Assembly: GCA_021613535.1 (NCBI GenBank)
Contig: CP075492.1
Span: 19,964,001 to 20,028,000 of the forward strand
Direction: 5' to 3'
Length of the DNA stretch: 64,000 bases
Source: Adineta vaga
Lineage: Eukaryota; Animalia; Rotifera
In this document: positions 25,105 to 38,215 of the stretch, in pieces
Layout of the letters: every line of letters starts with the position of its first letter
Position numbering within the stretch: the stretch's first letter is position 1
Program-made: the position numbers and the translations under genes
Notes under the pieces: model-generated
Databases searched by the model: none
Told to the model about the DNA's origin: nothing
What the model saw: only the letters and a program-made list of their open reading frames with translations

Positions 25105-26700
25105 ATGATTTTCGTATTGATAATCATTACTTTCATTTTATTATTATTTTATTTGAAACAGAAATATTTTACTTTTCATGGTCCTATACCTGGTTTACCG
25201 CCTCAATTTCTATTTGGAAATTTATTTCAATCAGATTTTTTTAATGGTAACTCTCCACCTCAGATTTTATCAACATTCAAAAAGTGTTTTGGTGATATCT
25301 TTCAATTTTGGTTTGGTCCTTACCGTTTTATTATTGTTAATAATATTATTGATGTCGAACATGTATTTACTCATAGAAATATTTATGATCAAGGTGATAT
25401 ATTTATCGAAAAATTTAGTGTCAGTTATTCTCAAAGTCTTATTTCAATTAAAGGTTTGTTCCCTATATTATTTTATTTCTATATAGAATAATCTTTAGGT
25501 GATCAATTCAAACGACATGCTTCGATTATTTTACCTTTATTTCGACGTAATAAATTCGTTCACAATTTCGATTTAATTATTAATTGTACTGATAAATTAT
25601 TAACCAAATGGCGTAAAACAACTGATCATAAAACGATTCATATTGATATTGTAAATCAATGTCATAATCTTGTACTTGCTATTTTTGGATTGATTGGATT
25701 TAATTATGATTTAGAAACACTTGATGATGATGATGATGATAATATTTCAGAAAAGAATGAACTTACTCAAGCATTACGAACGATTATCAATAGTATTATG
25801 AAGATAATTGCTTTACCAAAAATTATAGCAAAGATCTATGTTACTTTCAGTTATCGACAACGACAAGCACGAACAATTATTGAACGATATATCTATAGAA
25901 TGATTGAATATGAACAAGTAATTAATTTTAAATCGATCAAACAACGAAAGCACACATCTTTAATTGCTTCATTAGTTGATTCTTTAGAAAAGAATGAAGT
26001 TATCGATGAAATGGTAGCTTTTTTAATAGCTGGTTTTGAATCAACATCATCGACATTAGCGTGGTTTATTCATCTAATAAGTAAACATCCACAAGTACAA
26101 CAAAAGATCAAAGCAGAATTAATAGCTAAAGATTGTCTTCATGATTTATCACTTGATCGTCTTCATTCTCTAGTCTATCTGAACTGTGTAATCGATGAAG
26201 TACTTCGATATATTCCACCTGCTACTGGTACAATTCGTACATTAACTATGAATGATCGATTACCTGCAACGAATACTCAATTGTTCAAAGGTGATTCGGT
26301 GATGATTCCATTTTATAATCTTGCACATGATTCTCGATATTGGTCGATTGATCCAGAAATTTTTTATCCTGAAAGATTTCTGACTGAAGATAAAAATTAT
26401 CATCCTTATGCATTCATTCCATTCGGTGGTGGTCATCGTCAATGTGTTGGACAAGATCTTGCTCGATTCGAATTGAAAGTCATTGTTGCTCGATTGATGC
26501 AATATGTCACATTTCGTGATGGCGGTTCGCAAATCAATACTGGTGGACATTCAATGGGACTTGCTATATTACCTAAACATATAGGGGTGTTTATTGACTT
26601 CGAATCAAGTAGGAAAAACACGCAAGTATCAGATTATGAAAATTTTAAGAAAACATACTCAATTGAAATTACTTTATGGAACGACGCGAATGATCGTTAA
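25105..26700 (+). CDS. Cytochrome P450 (intron ~25454-25498)
   Basis: N-terminal TM and PGLPP, AGFEST, EVLR, PERF, FGGGHRQCVG heme motif. Confidence 0.92.
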
Positions 26701-27420
26701 GTGAGAAAGAAATTTATTGAATTAGCATTCAGACTATTACAAAATTCAATTTTTTTAAATTTCACGTAAACGAAATAGTTGAGTTTGAGTTGCTTCAGTG
26801 CCTGTGAATTGTATATGGCAACAGCTACACAATGATTTCGAAGGATATTCATTACATTGAAAAAGTTTTGATGAAATAATCGAATTATTAAACAATGAAT
26901 ATAAAAAGAAGCCTAAAACAATATAAGAATGTTTTCTAAAAAAACGAATCTTTTTTGTATTAAACTTAATATATAATTGATTGAAACAACTAAAATAGCA
27001 AAATTATTGATTTGAAATAATTGTTGTGGTGTGGGTCTTGTTTGAATTCTAATTTTTGTTATTGTTGATGAAAAAGTTCAATAAATATGTTTATACTAAA
27101 TGCGAGAAGAAGTATTATTGGCAAAATTATCTGAAAAATCATTAGTAAAATTGGCCACATCTTTAGAAAAATAATTGAGAAATATTACACAAATTAATAT
27201 GAAGAAACTTTACAATAGAATAAAAGTATTGATATGTCGGACTAGTAGAACACAAAGTTGCATCACCCAACAACATTCATTCATGGTAATACTAAGCGAG
27301 AATTAAGAATGGCAGACAGCATTACAATGATATATGCACCAATAAAAACTCTTTTTCGGTTATAATTTTTTTAATTTGAAATGGAAATCGAATTGATAAT
27401 AAAAGCTAAGCTATTGAATA

Positions 27421-27484
27421 TTGAGGGTGGGGATATGGGTTAAAGTTTCTTTTCAATCTATTACACTCACACCCCAAAACCTTA
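27421..27484. repeat. Telomere-like hairpin H8
   Basis: ttgagggtggggatatgggt...acactcacacccc. Confidence 0.7.
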
Positions 27485-27677
27485 GAAGAGGAGAACGTGA
27501 AAGAATATATGTTCGTTGTCGCGTGGCTCTCTTCACTGTATGACTAATGCATAGTCGGCTTTATTTGGTTTTTTTATCATTCTCTTTGCTCGGCTTTTTC
27601 CTTTCGAAAGAGTCATTTCGACATATAACATGCATATTTATCCAACAATGCAGCTTTCAACTATTGCATTCGTTATA

Positions 27678-27830
27678 TTAAGGTGTGGGTGTGGGTGGGA
27701 GTATTACATGCATCTTAGAACCACCCACATCGTTATCCTTACCCACACCCACACCCGCATCCGCACCCGCACACACATTGACATTCTCACCCACCCACTT
27801 TCACTCATACCCGCCTATCATCTCTCACCC
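27678..27830. repeat. Extended telomere-like tract H9
   Basis: ttaaggtgtgggtgtgggtggg...acccacacccacacccgcatccgcacccgcac. Confidence 0.75.
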
Positions 27831-28085
27831 TCTTCTTGGAGACGGGAGATGGAGATGCGGGATATGCATATGCCGCTATCCACATACTCCAAAAATGAGT
27901 AAGAAATTCGAAATAATATTAGGTAGGGATTCTTTCAGGGTATCCACAGGCATCTCCCGCCATCCCCAATCTGCGGGATATGTGACACCACTTCAATAAA
28001 TACCTAAATTATTTGTTGCGAAGATAATAAATAAGGATATATTTGTGTTAGGACTAGTTGAAAATCATAGAGAAAAATAAAAGGA

Positions 28086-28136
28086 TGAAGGGTGTGAGTG
28101 AGTAAGGCGTGCGTACAAGCTTCACTTATATCCTGA
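28086..28136. repeat. Degenerate hairpin H10
   Basis: tgaagggtgtgagtgagt...ttcacttatatcctg. Confidence 0.45.
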
Positions 28137-28163
28137 ATAGATAAGAGAAAAAACCCCTTGACT

Positions 28164-29930
28164 TTATTCGACTGAATCAATCATTTGCTCTAGCCGATCT
28201 ATAAAAACTTGATCATTTGGATCAGTATCCGACATGGTTTGTCGTAGCAATTTGGCAGCTGTTTTCGCATGTTGAACAGCTTCGTCTGAACGATCGAGTT
28301 CCTTCAATATATGTGCGATGAACAAATGGTTGTTCAATATGTTGGTTATTGGCATTGGTTTTGTTTGTTGAAAATGAATAATCGCCTCTTGATAATAAGC
28401 GAGTGCCATTTCATAGTTTTTCATATTTTTATAACTAGACGCCATGTTATAATAAGTAATTGCAAGATTCATATGATCATTTGGTGTATATTCACGATCG
28501 ATGGCAAGTGACTTTTCTTGATACTCTAGAGATTCATCGTATCTCTTCTGCTCATTTAATAAGACTCCTATATCATTATATATTTTTGATCGTTGTCGAT
28601 AGTTAGGCGCAGTTGTTTGCAGCTCTAGACGCAATGCCTCTTGGAACCTTTCCATAGCAGCGTCGAATTTCTTTTGAGCTTGTAGAAGACCTGCAATTTT
28701 CAATAAAATAAGTTGAAATATTGAATCATTCATTTGACGATGACTTTTAGCAATCTCTAATGTACGCTCGTACAAATCAATTGCTCCGACAGTATCGTTC
28801 ATCTTCTCTCGAATCGTAGCTAGCTGATGATAAATAAGCTCTATATTTTCAATATCAGTTTGTAATGTTTCATTGAGTAGACGATTGTAGAGGATTTCAG
28901 CTGTGGAATATTGTTCCATGAGCATTATCAATTTCGCCATTTCAAACATTAACGTCGATCCTTCAATATTTTTTCGTGTTGCTTGCATAAGTTGTCGTAA
29001 ATGCTTATCACGAATACTTAATGGACGTAATTTCACGTGTAAAATACTATTCTTACCTTTTAACGTCTCTACCTGTTCGATCCGGAATACAGTATTTATG
29101 GAAAATATGTATTCGTCTTCTGAGTTATCAAAGTAACTAAGATCATCAATACAAGCGAATGGGACTGAAATACTGGTTGATGATTCAACTATGATAGAAA
29201 ATAGTACAGCTGTTTCAAATCCATCGCGGAGCGCTTGACGAGCATTCTTGACAGCTTGTTCATAATTTGTGTTCACCGAAATGAATGTATTAAATGATAA
29301 ATATTCATTATTTGCAGTTTTCTTCAATTTACCGTAATCAACATAAGTCAAGCCTTGCCCAAGATAGACAGTTAATGTACTCGTTACTTCATCACTATTA
29401 CGACTAATATGTTCCAATTGTCGATGAAGTTTCTGTATGAAAAATCCCATACGTAATAAATTAAGAACATCCTGAATGCGTAGAGCCTCATTAATTGTAT
29501 GATGAATGAAACCAGGACGCGTGTACCACCAGATAATTGAATGTTTATGATACTCCCGACCAAATTTATCAAGCTCGACCATATCATTGTTTTGGTTGAG
29601 TTCAGTTGTTTCCTTGAAAAAATTAATGAATTCGTTCTTAGAATTTTGTTGATCAAATTCCATTCTAAGCAATAGTTCTTTGAGTAATTGAGCATAAATA
29701 AATGAATAATCACCAGTTTGTATACCATCAATACTAGTGATTGTGGAAAGAACTCTGATTGACGTGACATCCATCTCTTGAGAGCATTGGTTTGAGTCGC
29801 ATTTTGTCAAAGTATCGGTAATAGCGAGGAAGAATACGAAAATAGAGAAAAAGCAACTCAACATTATGGAGCAATTCTTTGAATGATATGTATTCGATAA
29901 AAAATTTTCTTTTATTTGTGAAAGAATCAT
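28164..29930 (-). CDS. ADP-ribosyltransferase-like domain + TPR repeats (true start may be ~29772)
   Basis: IWWYT, VYLGQG, SFNTFIS, EDEYIFS..VFRI followed by TPRs; catalytic R replaced by L. Confidence 0.85.
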   Translation of the reverse strand: MILSQIKENFLSNTYHSKNCSIMLSCFFSIFVFFLAITDTLTKCDSNQCSQEMDVTSIRVLSTITSIDGIQTGDYSFIYAQLLKELLLRMEFDQQNSKNEFINFFKETTELNQNNDMVELDKFGREYHKHSIIWWYTRPGFIHHTINEALRIQDVLNLLRMGFFIQKLHRQLEHISRNSDEVTSTLTVYLGQGLTYVDYGKLKKTANNEYLSFNTFISVNTNYEQAVKNARQALRDGFETAVLFSIIVESSTSISVPFACIDDLSYFDNSEDEYIFSINTVFRIEQVETLKGKNSILHVKLRPLSIRDKHLRQLMQATRKNIEGSTLMFEMAKLIMLMEQYSTAEILYNRLLNETLQTDIENIELIYHQLATIREKMNDTVGAIDLYERTLEIAKSHRQMNDSIFQLILLKIAGLLQAQKKFDAAMERFQEALRLELQTTAPNYRQRSKIYNDIGVLLNEQKRYDESLEYQEKSLAIDREYTPNDHMNLAITYYNMASSYKNMKNYEMALAYYQEAIIHFQQTKPMPITNILNNHLFIAHILKELDRSDEAVQHAKTAAKLLRQTMSDTDPNDQVFIDRLEQMIDSVE

Positions 29931-30223
29931 TTATTTGTTCTCTTCTATGATGAGTAATATTTGCTCATTTTTATAGCCAAAAAAATACTTGGTTGTCAAT
30001 CAACAAAAGATACCATACATATAATTATTCATCGTAAAAATGACGCATTGTTTTTGGCGACATTCGATTAAATTCTGTTAAATGTGCATCAGAAGTAATC
30101 ACGACAGTCTATCATCTAATTCTATCGAATCTTATTTTGGGCATTCTACACCCGAGTTAATATTGATCGAAAATGATGCCAGTATGTCCTGAGAAAGTGT
30201 GATTCACATCAGTTGCAAATACA

Positions 30224-30263
30224 GTGGGTGGGTGTGGGATAAGATAGTACACGCACACCCTAA
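30224..30263. repeat. Telomere-like hairpin H11
   Basis: gtgggtgggtgtggg-ataagatagt-acacgcacaccct. Confidence 0.75.
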
Positions 30264-30274
30264 ATACGAATACA

Positions 30275-30571
30275 TTGCATGTTCAAAGTCAATTTACATG
30301 TCCTGGTACAACATTTTTGCTCAATGAAACTATTCCTATTCCTAGTGATTTCAGTAGCATACTATTATTTTTGGGAGATTCAATTGATATTACACTTAGT
30401 CAAGATAGTCGTACGATTCAACTTAATAATGTAACATCTTCTGAATGTAGCGAAGTTGCTATACGAAATGAACCTATACCCAACACATCGATTGGAGCTA
30501 CTGCTACCATCAATTTGACATTCGTTTCTCTCTTGTTTGGATTGATAATCATCAAACTATTTATCAACTAA
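30275..30571 (+). pseudogene. Orphan C-terminal fragment of a membrane/GPI-anchored protein
   Basis: No ATG, begins just after H11, ends in a hydrophobic tail. Confidence 0.45.
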
Positions 30572-31348
30572 ACAGTTTTCAGTATCTTTTTTTTGTTTGT
30601 TCTAATTCATATTGTTTTTATTATTCATCCGTTAAATACTCCCGCAAGAAACTTTTTCAACCTTACTTTTTTTTTTTGAAAAATAAATTCATATGACATG
30701 ATCATCGATATCTTCTATTACGAACAAATTAGGATGAGATGAAAGACAAAGATTACTTGACAAATCTCATTTTACGTTAGTATATTATATAAAACCTTTA
30801 GGTGATTTATTTTCTGATGACCATTGTTAAGTTTTCATCGATTTATGAAATGCTGCAATCTGATTGGATTAGACAAACAAACTTTAACGATTTTAAGAGC
30901 CTATAACCCTTTCTTTCTGAAAAGGGAAAAATTTTATACATAAATTTTGAGTACTGTATAAATCGAATATCTCCCTCTAGAGATGCCATGAACAACTAAT
31001 ATTTTAAGCTTGCTAGTTGGGTGTTAATAGCTTTCATTTGACATAGACATATGACGTCTTCTCGCTGATCAACTCACCCTTACAAAATTCACTTTAATTT
31101 TCATTACAAATGGAATCGAATGTTCTAGACTATGAAATTGACATTAAAAAGACAGAATGAGAAAGAAAAATAATGTTTTACAGTTTTTTCTTTTCATTCA
31201 ATAATACATATTTTAAAAGAGAAAGTTTAAATGGAATTTTGCATTTCTTTTTGGAAAGAAAAATCCCCATTTAATTGAGTTTCTATTTGAATGAATCGAA
31301 TTAAGTAAGTTTTTCTCAAAATCAAGATTAAAAAATAGTATCAATCAA

Positions 31349-32326
31349 TTGAATGTCTTTAGAAATATTTCTTTATTTTTAAATTTTATTGGAATATTAT
31401 TCATATTAAATCTTTATAAATCACAAAGAATTTCATTAATTATAAATTCAAATGAAAAAATAAGTCGATGGAAAAAAGATCGTCTTGTAATTATTCCAGC
31501 CATATATAAAGAAATTGATTGGATCAATTCTACACAATGGCCACTCTGGTTACGTTATGGACTTGATTTCATTCCTAATAATCGAAATAGATCATATGAT
31601 ATTTATTTATATCAACGATTGGATTCCAATTCCAATTCACCATATAATTGGTCATATTGTAAAAATGTTCATGAAGAAGCAGGTGTTTATTTAAAATTTA
31701 TTTATGATTTTTATCATGATTTACCTGATAAAATGTTATTTATTCATGCAAATCCATTTAAACATGCATATGCTCCAATTGAAGTAGCACAATGTATTCG
31801 TGGTGATGTTTTTTATACAAGTATTAATTATTTTTGGGTTCAAGATCATATATGGTTATCGGAACTTCGTGATCCAATTAATAATAATACATTAATGTAT
31901 AATTGTGCAAAATATATCTTAAGTTTATTTGGTTATGATGGTGATTCTCAATTAAATCCATATAATATTCAACCCAAAGAACTAAGTCTTATTTCAACAA
32001 GATGTTGTGCACAATTTTATGTACGAAAAGAACGTATTTTACATTATACATATGAACAATGGTCATCAATTTATAATGCAAGTCTTCAACCATATTGTAC
32101 ATCACCATTAGATCAAGAAATACCTGGTAAATTAGGAAAAAAATGGTTTGGTGGAAGTTTAGAATTTCTTTGGCATATTATTCTTGGTCTTCATCCAACT
32201 TTTATGTTACCACCAAAAGAAAATACTACAACAGATATATGTCATTCTTTTCGTTCATCATGTAACAAATCTTTATGTCAAAAAAAAAATAACACTTCTC
32301 ATTTCTTATTTATGAACTCTAAATGA
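31349..32326 (+). CDS. DUF3431-like type II membrane protein (start uncertain)
   Basis: HEEAGVYLKFI.DFYHDLPDKMLFIHA, CCAQFYV.KERI, LEFLWHII; intronless. Confidence 0.75.
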   Translation: MNVFRNISLFLNFIGILFILNLYKSQRISLIINSNEKISRWKKDRLVIIPAIYKEIDWINSTQWPLWLRYGLDFIPNNRNRSYDIYLYQRLDSNSNSPYNWSYCKNVHEEAGVYLKFIYDFYHDLPDKMLFIHANPFKHAYAPIEVAQCIRGDVFYTSINYFWVQDHIWLSELRDPINNNTLMYNCAKYILSLFGYDGDSQLNPYNIQPKELSLISTRCCAQFYVRKERILHYTYEQWSSIYNASLQPYCTSPLDQEIPGKLGKKWFGGSLEFLWHIILGLHPTFMLPPKENTTTDICHSFRSSCNKSLCQKKNNTSHFLFMNSK

Positions 32327-32939
32327 GATTAATAATTTTCTAAAAAAAAGAAAAGATATCTTTATTGAAACTTTAATTTCATCTTTTCTTTTTTTTAAAC
32401 TCACATAGGTAATATTCATGGAAATTTAAATGATGATTATTTTTCGTGGGAAATTAAGTTCATATACTGATAAAATGAATGTTATGGAAAGATTTATTCG
32501 AACTAATGATGATCGGACAAATATTTAATATTAAATGTTTAAATAGAAAATCAATTCGTTCTTATTCATATTTTCAAAATGAAAATCAAATTCTTCTTCT
32601 TCCTTAAACTTATTTTTAAATTATTAATAAATGAAAAGTGACTAAAGATTTATTTATCATTTATTTAAGAGAACAACAGAAGCACCGTATGAAATATTTG
32701 TCTCTCCTTTAACGAATTCATTACTTGTAATCGATAAATTAACAATTTTAACATCGAATTCTGCTTCATTTGTATTATCAAGTAAGTTTTATTCTTTTTC
32801 TTTTATTGAATTAATCAAATTTGATTTGTTTCGAAAAAAATTTAATAATTATGATCAACAATTTTTATGAAAAATAAAATACGATTAGAATTTTCAGTTT
32901 GTAGAAAGAAAATCAATGAAAATCGAAATAAGATTTATG

Positions 32940-33320
32940 TTTGTTAGATAATTTCAAACAAAAATTCAATTTAATATGTTGCGTCGTTTTTTTTGTTTAG
33001 ATATCAAATTCAATAAATGGAAACAATAGAAGGAAAAACTGTTGCGGAAGGTAATAGAAGAGAAGATAAATTCAATCAACTCTCTGATCCTTATAGAATA
33101 TTTATTGATCAAAGTAAATATATTTTCATTGCTGATTGAGGAAATCATCGTATTATAAGATGGAAATCAAATATGAAAGAAAAGGAGAAATTCTTCTAAG
33201 TGAAAATGGTGAAGAAAATGAATTGAATCAATTGTCTTTTCTTTGTGGTTTATCATTTGATTTCGAAGGAAATCTTTATATTGCTGATTGTTTCAATCAT
33301 CGAATTCAACGGTTCGATTT
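32940..33320 (+). pseudogene. NHL-repeat gene remnant
   Basis: LNQLSFLCGLSFDFEGNLYIADCFNHRIQRFD reading into H13. Confidence 0.75.
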
Positions 33321-33381
33321 TAAGGGTGTGGGTGTGGGTATGGATCTTGAGGGTGAAAATAAGAGTATTACCCACACCCAC
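33319..33381. repeat. Telomere-like hairpin H13 (tandem G arms)
   Basis: taagggtgtgggtgtgggtatggatcttgagggtg-aaaataagagtatt-acccacacccac. Confidence 0.85.
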
Positions 33382-33681
33382 GACGGCGCATGGAATATCC
33401 CAACAACGAAGAAACGCAATAAGAGACGTTAACGCGTCGTTAGCATGTAAAAAATGTGCGTTTTTTACAATTTTATTTTTGTTATAAAATTTCTACGCTT
33501 TTTTATGCGTTTCTTTTAGCTTTTTCTCTGACTGTGAATGAGACATGTACGGGGTTTCAATAATGAGATCGAGTTACATTTTCTTCAAAATGCTTCATGA
33601 AACAGTGATCGAACAAAAAGCACGTTAGTAACTCTTCTAACTTACACTTACATTTTGTATTATAGTGTTCGATCCTGAAAC

Positions 33682-36274
33682 GTGGATAATTCAGACCTTT
33701 GCGAAACAAAAAATACTCAACTTCTCCTGCTTCAATACGGTTGCAAGATCATGGCAGAAGCATATCGTATGCGGAATAAAGCAGAACAAACATTTGATCA
33801 ATCACCTAATAGGACGGACGACGAAGATGTACATTCTCGACAGTCTGAACTTCAAGATCTTCTCATTCATGATGATGTTACACTGAAATCTATCGCTTCC
33901 AACTCGCCAATTCAAGACAAATCTATTATTTCTGTACTTGAACAGGAGTTGGTCACCCAAATGGCAAAGTTAAAGGTTGATGGCATGGATAAATTATCAG
34001 AAAAAACTCAACAAACTCAAGAACGTATCGAACACTCTCGAATAATGAACAGAGAGGAAATGCAGATGCTGACACAGCTAAAAGCTTTAGTGCTCTTAGA
34101 TGGCACAGTTACGAAACTGAAATGTCGTCAAGCGGATGAAGACAGTACTAGTGTGGAGAAACTTTATCAACTCGAAAAGGTGTTAAACGATGGACTGACG
34201 AAGTTCCTGATCGATGATACGAATAAGTTACCAAAAAAGATACAACAAACTCAAGAACGTATCGGAGACGACGGAGCGGAAGAGGCTGAAAAGCAAATGG
34301 AGATTTTGACAGAGTTGAAGCGTTTGACGCTTTTAGATGAAACAATTACGGAACTGAAATCCACCCGATCAGTTGAAGAGAGCAGTATTGTGATGAATCT
34401 TTCCTACGTCGAAGAAGAGCTGATCAATGGAATGGCCAATTTGAAAGTTGATGACGTGAAAAAATTACCGAAAAAAATACAACAAACTGAAGAACGTATC
34501 AGAGACGAGAGAGACGAAGAGGCTGAAAAGCAAATCGAAATTTTAACAGAGTTGAAGCGTTTGACGATTATAGATGGTGCGATTACGAAACTGAAATGTA
34601 CGCGATCGGTTGAAGGTAGCAGCAGTAGTATGATGAAACCTCATCGATCCGAACAAGACTCGGTAAGTAGATTGACAGAATTCTAGATTTCTTACGTAAA
34701 TAAGCTACCAGAAAGAACTTCAACGGACTTGAGAACATATCGAAAATTGCTGGCAGAATAGAGAACTACGTAATCAATTCCATATTGCGAAAGTGTTAAA
34801 TTACTTCAATCGGTTCTATATGTGATGGTTTAAGAACTTTATGTTCCACTATCAAGTGGAAATAAAAGAGAATGAAGACCATTGTTAAAAAGGACAACTA
34901 TCATTTGCTGAAAGCTGTAGCAAATGACTGAGAGAGAGAGTGAGTGAGAATAATGACGACTATGGTCTCATGGAGAGATGGTAAAGAAAAGATGGAGGTG
35001 GAAAGAAAAAGGAAAGTCTACAGATGAGATCACTCTATGGCCTAACCGAACGGCAGCTCATAATAATACATCTTTGTTTTTTCTTATCTATTTTGAAGCC
35101 AACGTTGCCTCAACAGTACCCGACAAATAGTGACTATCAAGTGGAATCGGATGATCGATCTACCACAAGTGAAGGTAACAAACGTTGTTACCAGCATCAT
35201 GCTTCTAACCGACCAGATAAACGATTTCGTAAAGCACCACAACGGTCAACCGCACCAGAATTTTTTCTTCCTTTGCCTGAGGTGAGACCCGTCCGTTACA
35301 AACCATTACGGGAAAAACTTCAACAAAAATATCGGGAGTTATGTCGGTGGTCTTGCCAACGATTTCCGGGATCTGAGCCTGTACCAATGCATCGTGAAAA
35401 TTATGCCAACATTTTGCAATTGCCCTATATGGTCACTTGGAAACCGGTTGGTAAACGGTACATGATGTTAATTGAAGAAGAAAATAAAGTGTACATGCTC
35501 AACCAAGGTAAAGATCTATTCAGCGTTGATGAGATTCGATTTCCATACGATGTGGCTAATACAACTCATCTAAAGGACACATTAGTCGATGGTGAAGTTG
35601 TATGTGATAAAATTAATGGTTCGAACAAGGCTAGCTTTTTTATCAACGATATCATCATTTATAATGGTACAGACGTGACCGCTCATCCATTTCCGGACCG
35701 TTTGAAGCTCATTTCTGAATCGATCGTCAACATACACAATAATGCCATTACAAAGGGAACGCAACCGTTTCGAATACGAATCAAACAGTTTTTTCGTTTA
35801 TCAGACATGGACAAACTGCTTAGCCGGGAATTTCGTGCAAGCATACCTCATGAAGTTGAAGGACTCTTTTTTTTACCAGAACGAAAGCCATACAGAACTG
35901 GTGAATGTCCAGACGTATTGAAGTGGAAGGAAAACGAGACGATCGATTTTCGTTTGAACATTGTCGACAATGGTACACATCCGGAGAAGAAAGTTCATCT
36001 CGTTCTCAGTCGTATGGATAGGCCGTTTGCGACGATGCGTTACTCGTCGTATTTGCAAAAATATGATAACAAAATTGTTTCATGTTATTACAGAGATAGT
36101 CAATGGTACGTTTATCGATTACGTCATGATAGGCGGTATCCTAATTCAGAACAAACAGCTATGGCTGTTATGAACGTGATGAATAAACCAGTTACAAAAG
36201 AGGATTTTCGTCATTTAATGAAGGATCAATTAAAAACCCATGTTCATGACCATAATTCGTCATCGGCTACATAG
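33682..36274 (+). CDS. Coiled-coil repeat region spliced to an mRNA-capping guanylyltransferase domain
   Basis: About three ~69-aa repeats; phase-0 donor gtaagt at 34663 and phase-0 acceptor ttttgaag ending 35098. GTase motifs WKPVG, LVDGE, FFIND, EGLFF, LKWK, RHDRRYPN. 5' end uncertain. Confidence 0.75.
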
Positions 36275-36753
36275 GTCAGAAGTCCGAGGGTGATGATATG
36301 GTTCAAACGAAAAATAAATTGACATGAGATATACTTGTCTGAAGCAAACTAATCTATATACAGTTTTTAAAGAGAAAATAAAACTTCAATTGCTCGAAGC
36401 ATTCTTAGAAAAATACCATGGATGTTTTCTTCATCGTTGAACATTTTATATCTTAGGATGAGAATGACTCATTGTGACGAGACTGAGTTTTTCCTAACAA
36501 CATTAAAATCATATTCAGGCGAGATATGTTATATTTACGTCTGCTTATTATTGTTTTGCACATAACGATTCGGCAGTTTATACTTTAATTATTTCATATG
36601 AGGGGTCCACGAAAAATAAATTTTATCCTTGTGTAACTTTAGATCTGACATGTAAAGCGTTTTAGTCCCTTTAATTATTTAATACATGTCTCCAACGTAG
36701 CTGAGCTCATCAAATGCTGGTCGATATCGATAAAACAAGACCGCAAGTTTATT

Positions 36754-38110
36754 TTAAAATAATGGATTTTTTTCCGGATCAAAACTACAGCGTCTACAAT
36801 TCAAAAGATGAAATAAAAATAAGTAGTAAAATTTCGATCGCTCTCTAGAGAAATTACATAGCATGTTTATATACTGTCTCAGCCATGAGTTCGTTTGTTC
36901 ACAAGTAATTGTGTTGATGTTTTTCAAATCTGAACGTAAGTTGATATTTCGCTCTAATCGACACATTGATCGAGTGTGTGTCCTCTGGTGTAAACGATCG
37001 ATATACATATCACAAGAATCGAGAAACAGAGCCGTTGGAGTTGGTACAATTGTTTTTGTTTGGTGAAGACGATTTTTAACACCCATCCAAACGCTACAAG
37101 CATTATCATACACGAAAACGGATGGTATTTTGGTTAAATCTTCAAATTTTTTCAACATGTTTATCCAATGGAGCAAGGTAATATATACTTGTTCCGATAA
37201 ATTAATTTCTAAGCAATCGACCACAATTCCACAGTTGTACATTGTATAAATAAGACCGTATGATCTGACTTTTCCATTGACAAATCGTGGATTGCGATTT
37301 ATATTACATTCGGTATTTATTATCAGCTCTTTTTCTACTTTGTGGACAGCTGGATTTGCCTTGCATGTTTTACATATTGAAATTTCTTTCTCATGACTCT
37401 CACCCTCTACTGAACTGCTCGAACATTCATCTCCACAATCTTCCATGTTTTTCCGTTTTGTTCCGTAGTCAGGGCGATTGCCGTATCCAACTTGAATAAC
37501 CCCTTGATTAATAAAAAGTTAGTATATAATTGAATAAGATTGGAAACCTCCTACTGCTTACCAAGTTCTTCACTGTGGACAGTCATTTCGACATTACCAC
37601 ATATGAAACGACTTGGTTTCTGAAAACCATCCGTTACAAAGACTTTTGAGCATAGAGAATTAAAGGCATGATGCTGAGCATGAGACGCCCAAAAATTTGC
37701 AAACTGCATGTTCGATGGTTCAAATTGCTGATTCATCAGTTGAACTAGCTCTTGCCGATCACTGTGAAAATATTGTAAGAAATTCCCATGAATTGTAAGT
37801 ACAATGAAAGAATATTATGCTCACCAACAGGAAGGAATTTGCAATATTTTTATATTTGTATAAAAAAATGAAATAGTAATAAAGTTATAAAGAAACCAGA
37901 AGTCTTGGATACGTGTCGGAGACAACTTTCCATCATTGTCGTCATGATTATCTATCATCCATTTCTTAGTATCATGGTAGCATTTGCTGAAGTTTTCGAA
38001 TCCACTATGCAGATACGAAATTGAATTGGACAACCATTTAATAAATGAGTATTCATAAGCATAATTACCACCAAAATATACTAACTGATTGTTAAGAAGA
38101 GATTAATATA
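36754..38110 (-). mobile_element. KDZ (Kyakuja-Dileera-Zisupton)-type transposase, 5'-truncated, spliced
   Basis: VTDG, CxxxP, VYDNAC, IDRLHQRTH..C, NTITCEQTNSWL motifs. Confidence 0.7.
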
Positions 38111-38158
38111 TTTCAATCTTTATTCTCAATTCTGAAAAAAGGAGTAGAGCAAACCGAG

Positions 38159-38215
38159 TTAGGGTTGAGGATGAAATTGATTTGCAGATATGTTACTCTC
38201 ATCCTCACACTCTCC
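38159..38215. repeat. Degenerate hairpin H15
   Basis: ttagggttgaggatga...tcatcctcacactct. Confidence 0.6.

Noticed and set aside
31017-31082. Possible extra hairpins here and near 36286, 47985 and 53490
   Set aside because: Too degenerate to distinguish from chance by eye.
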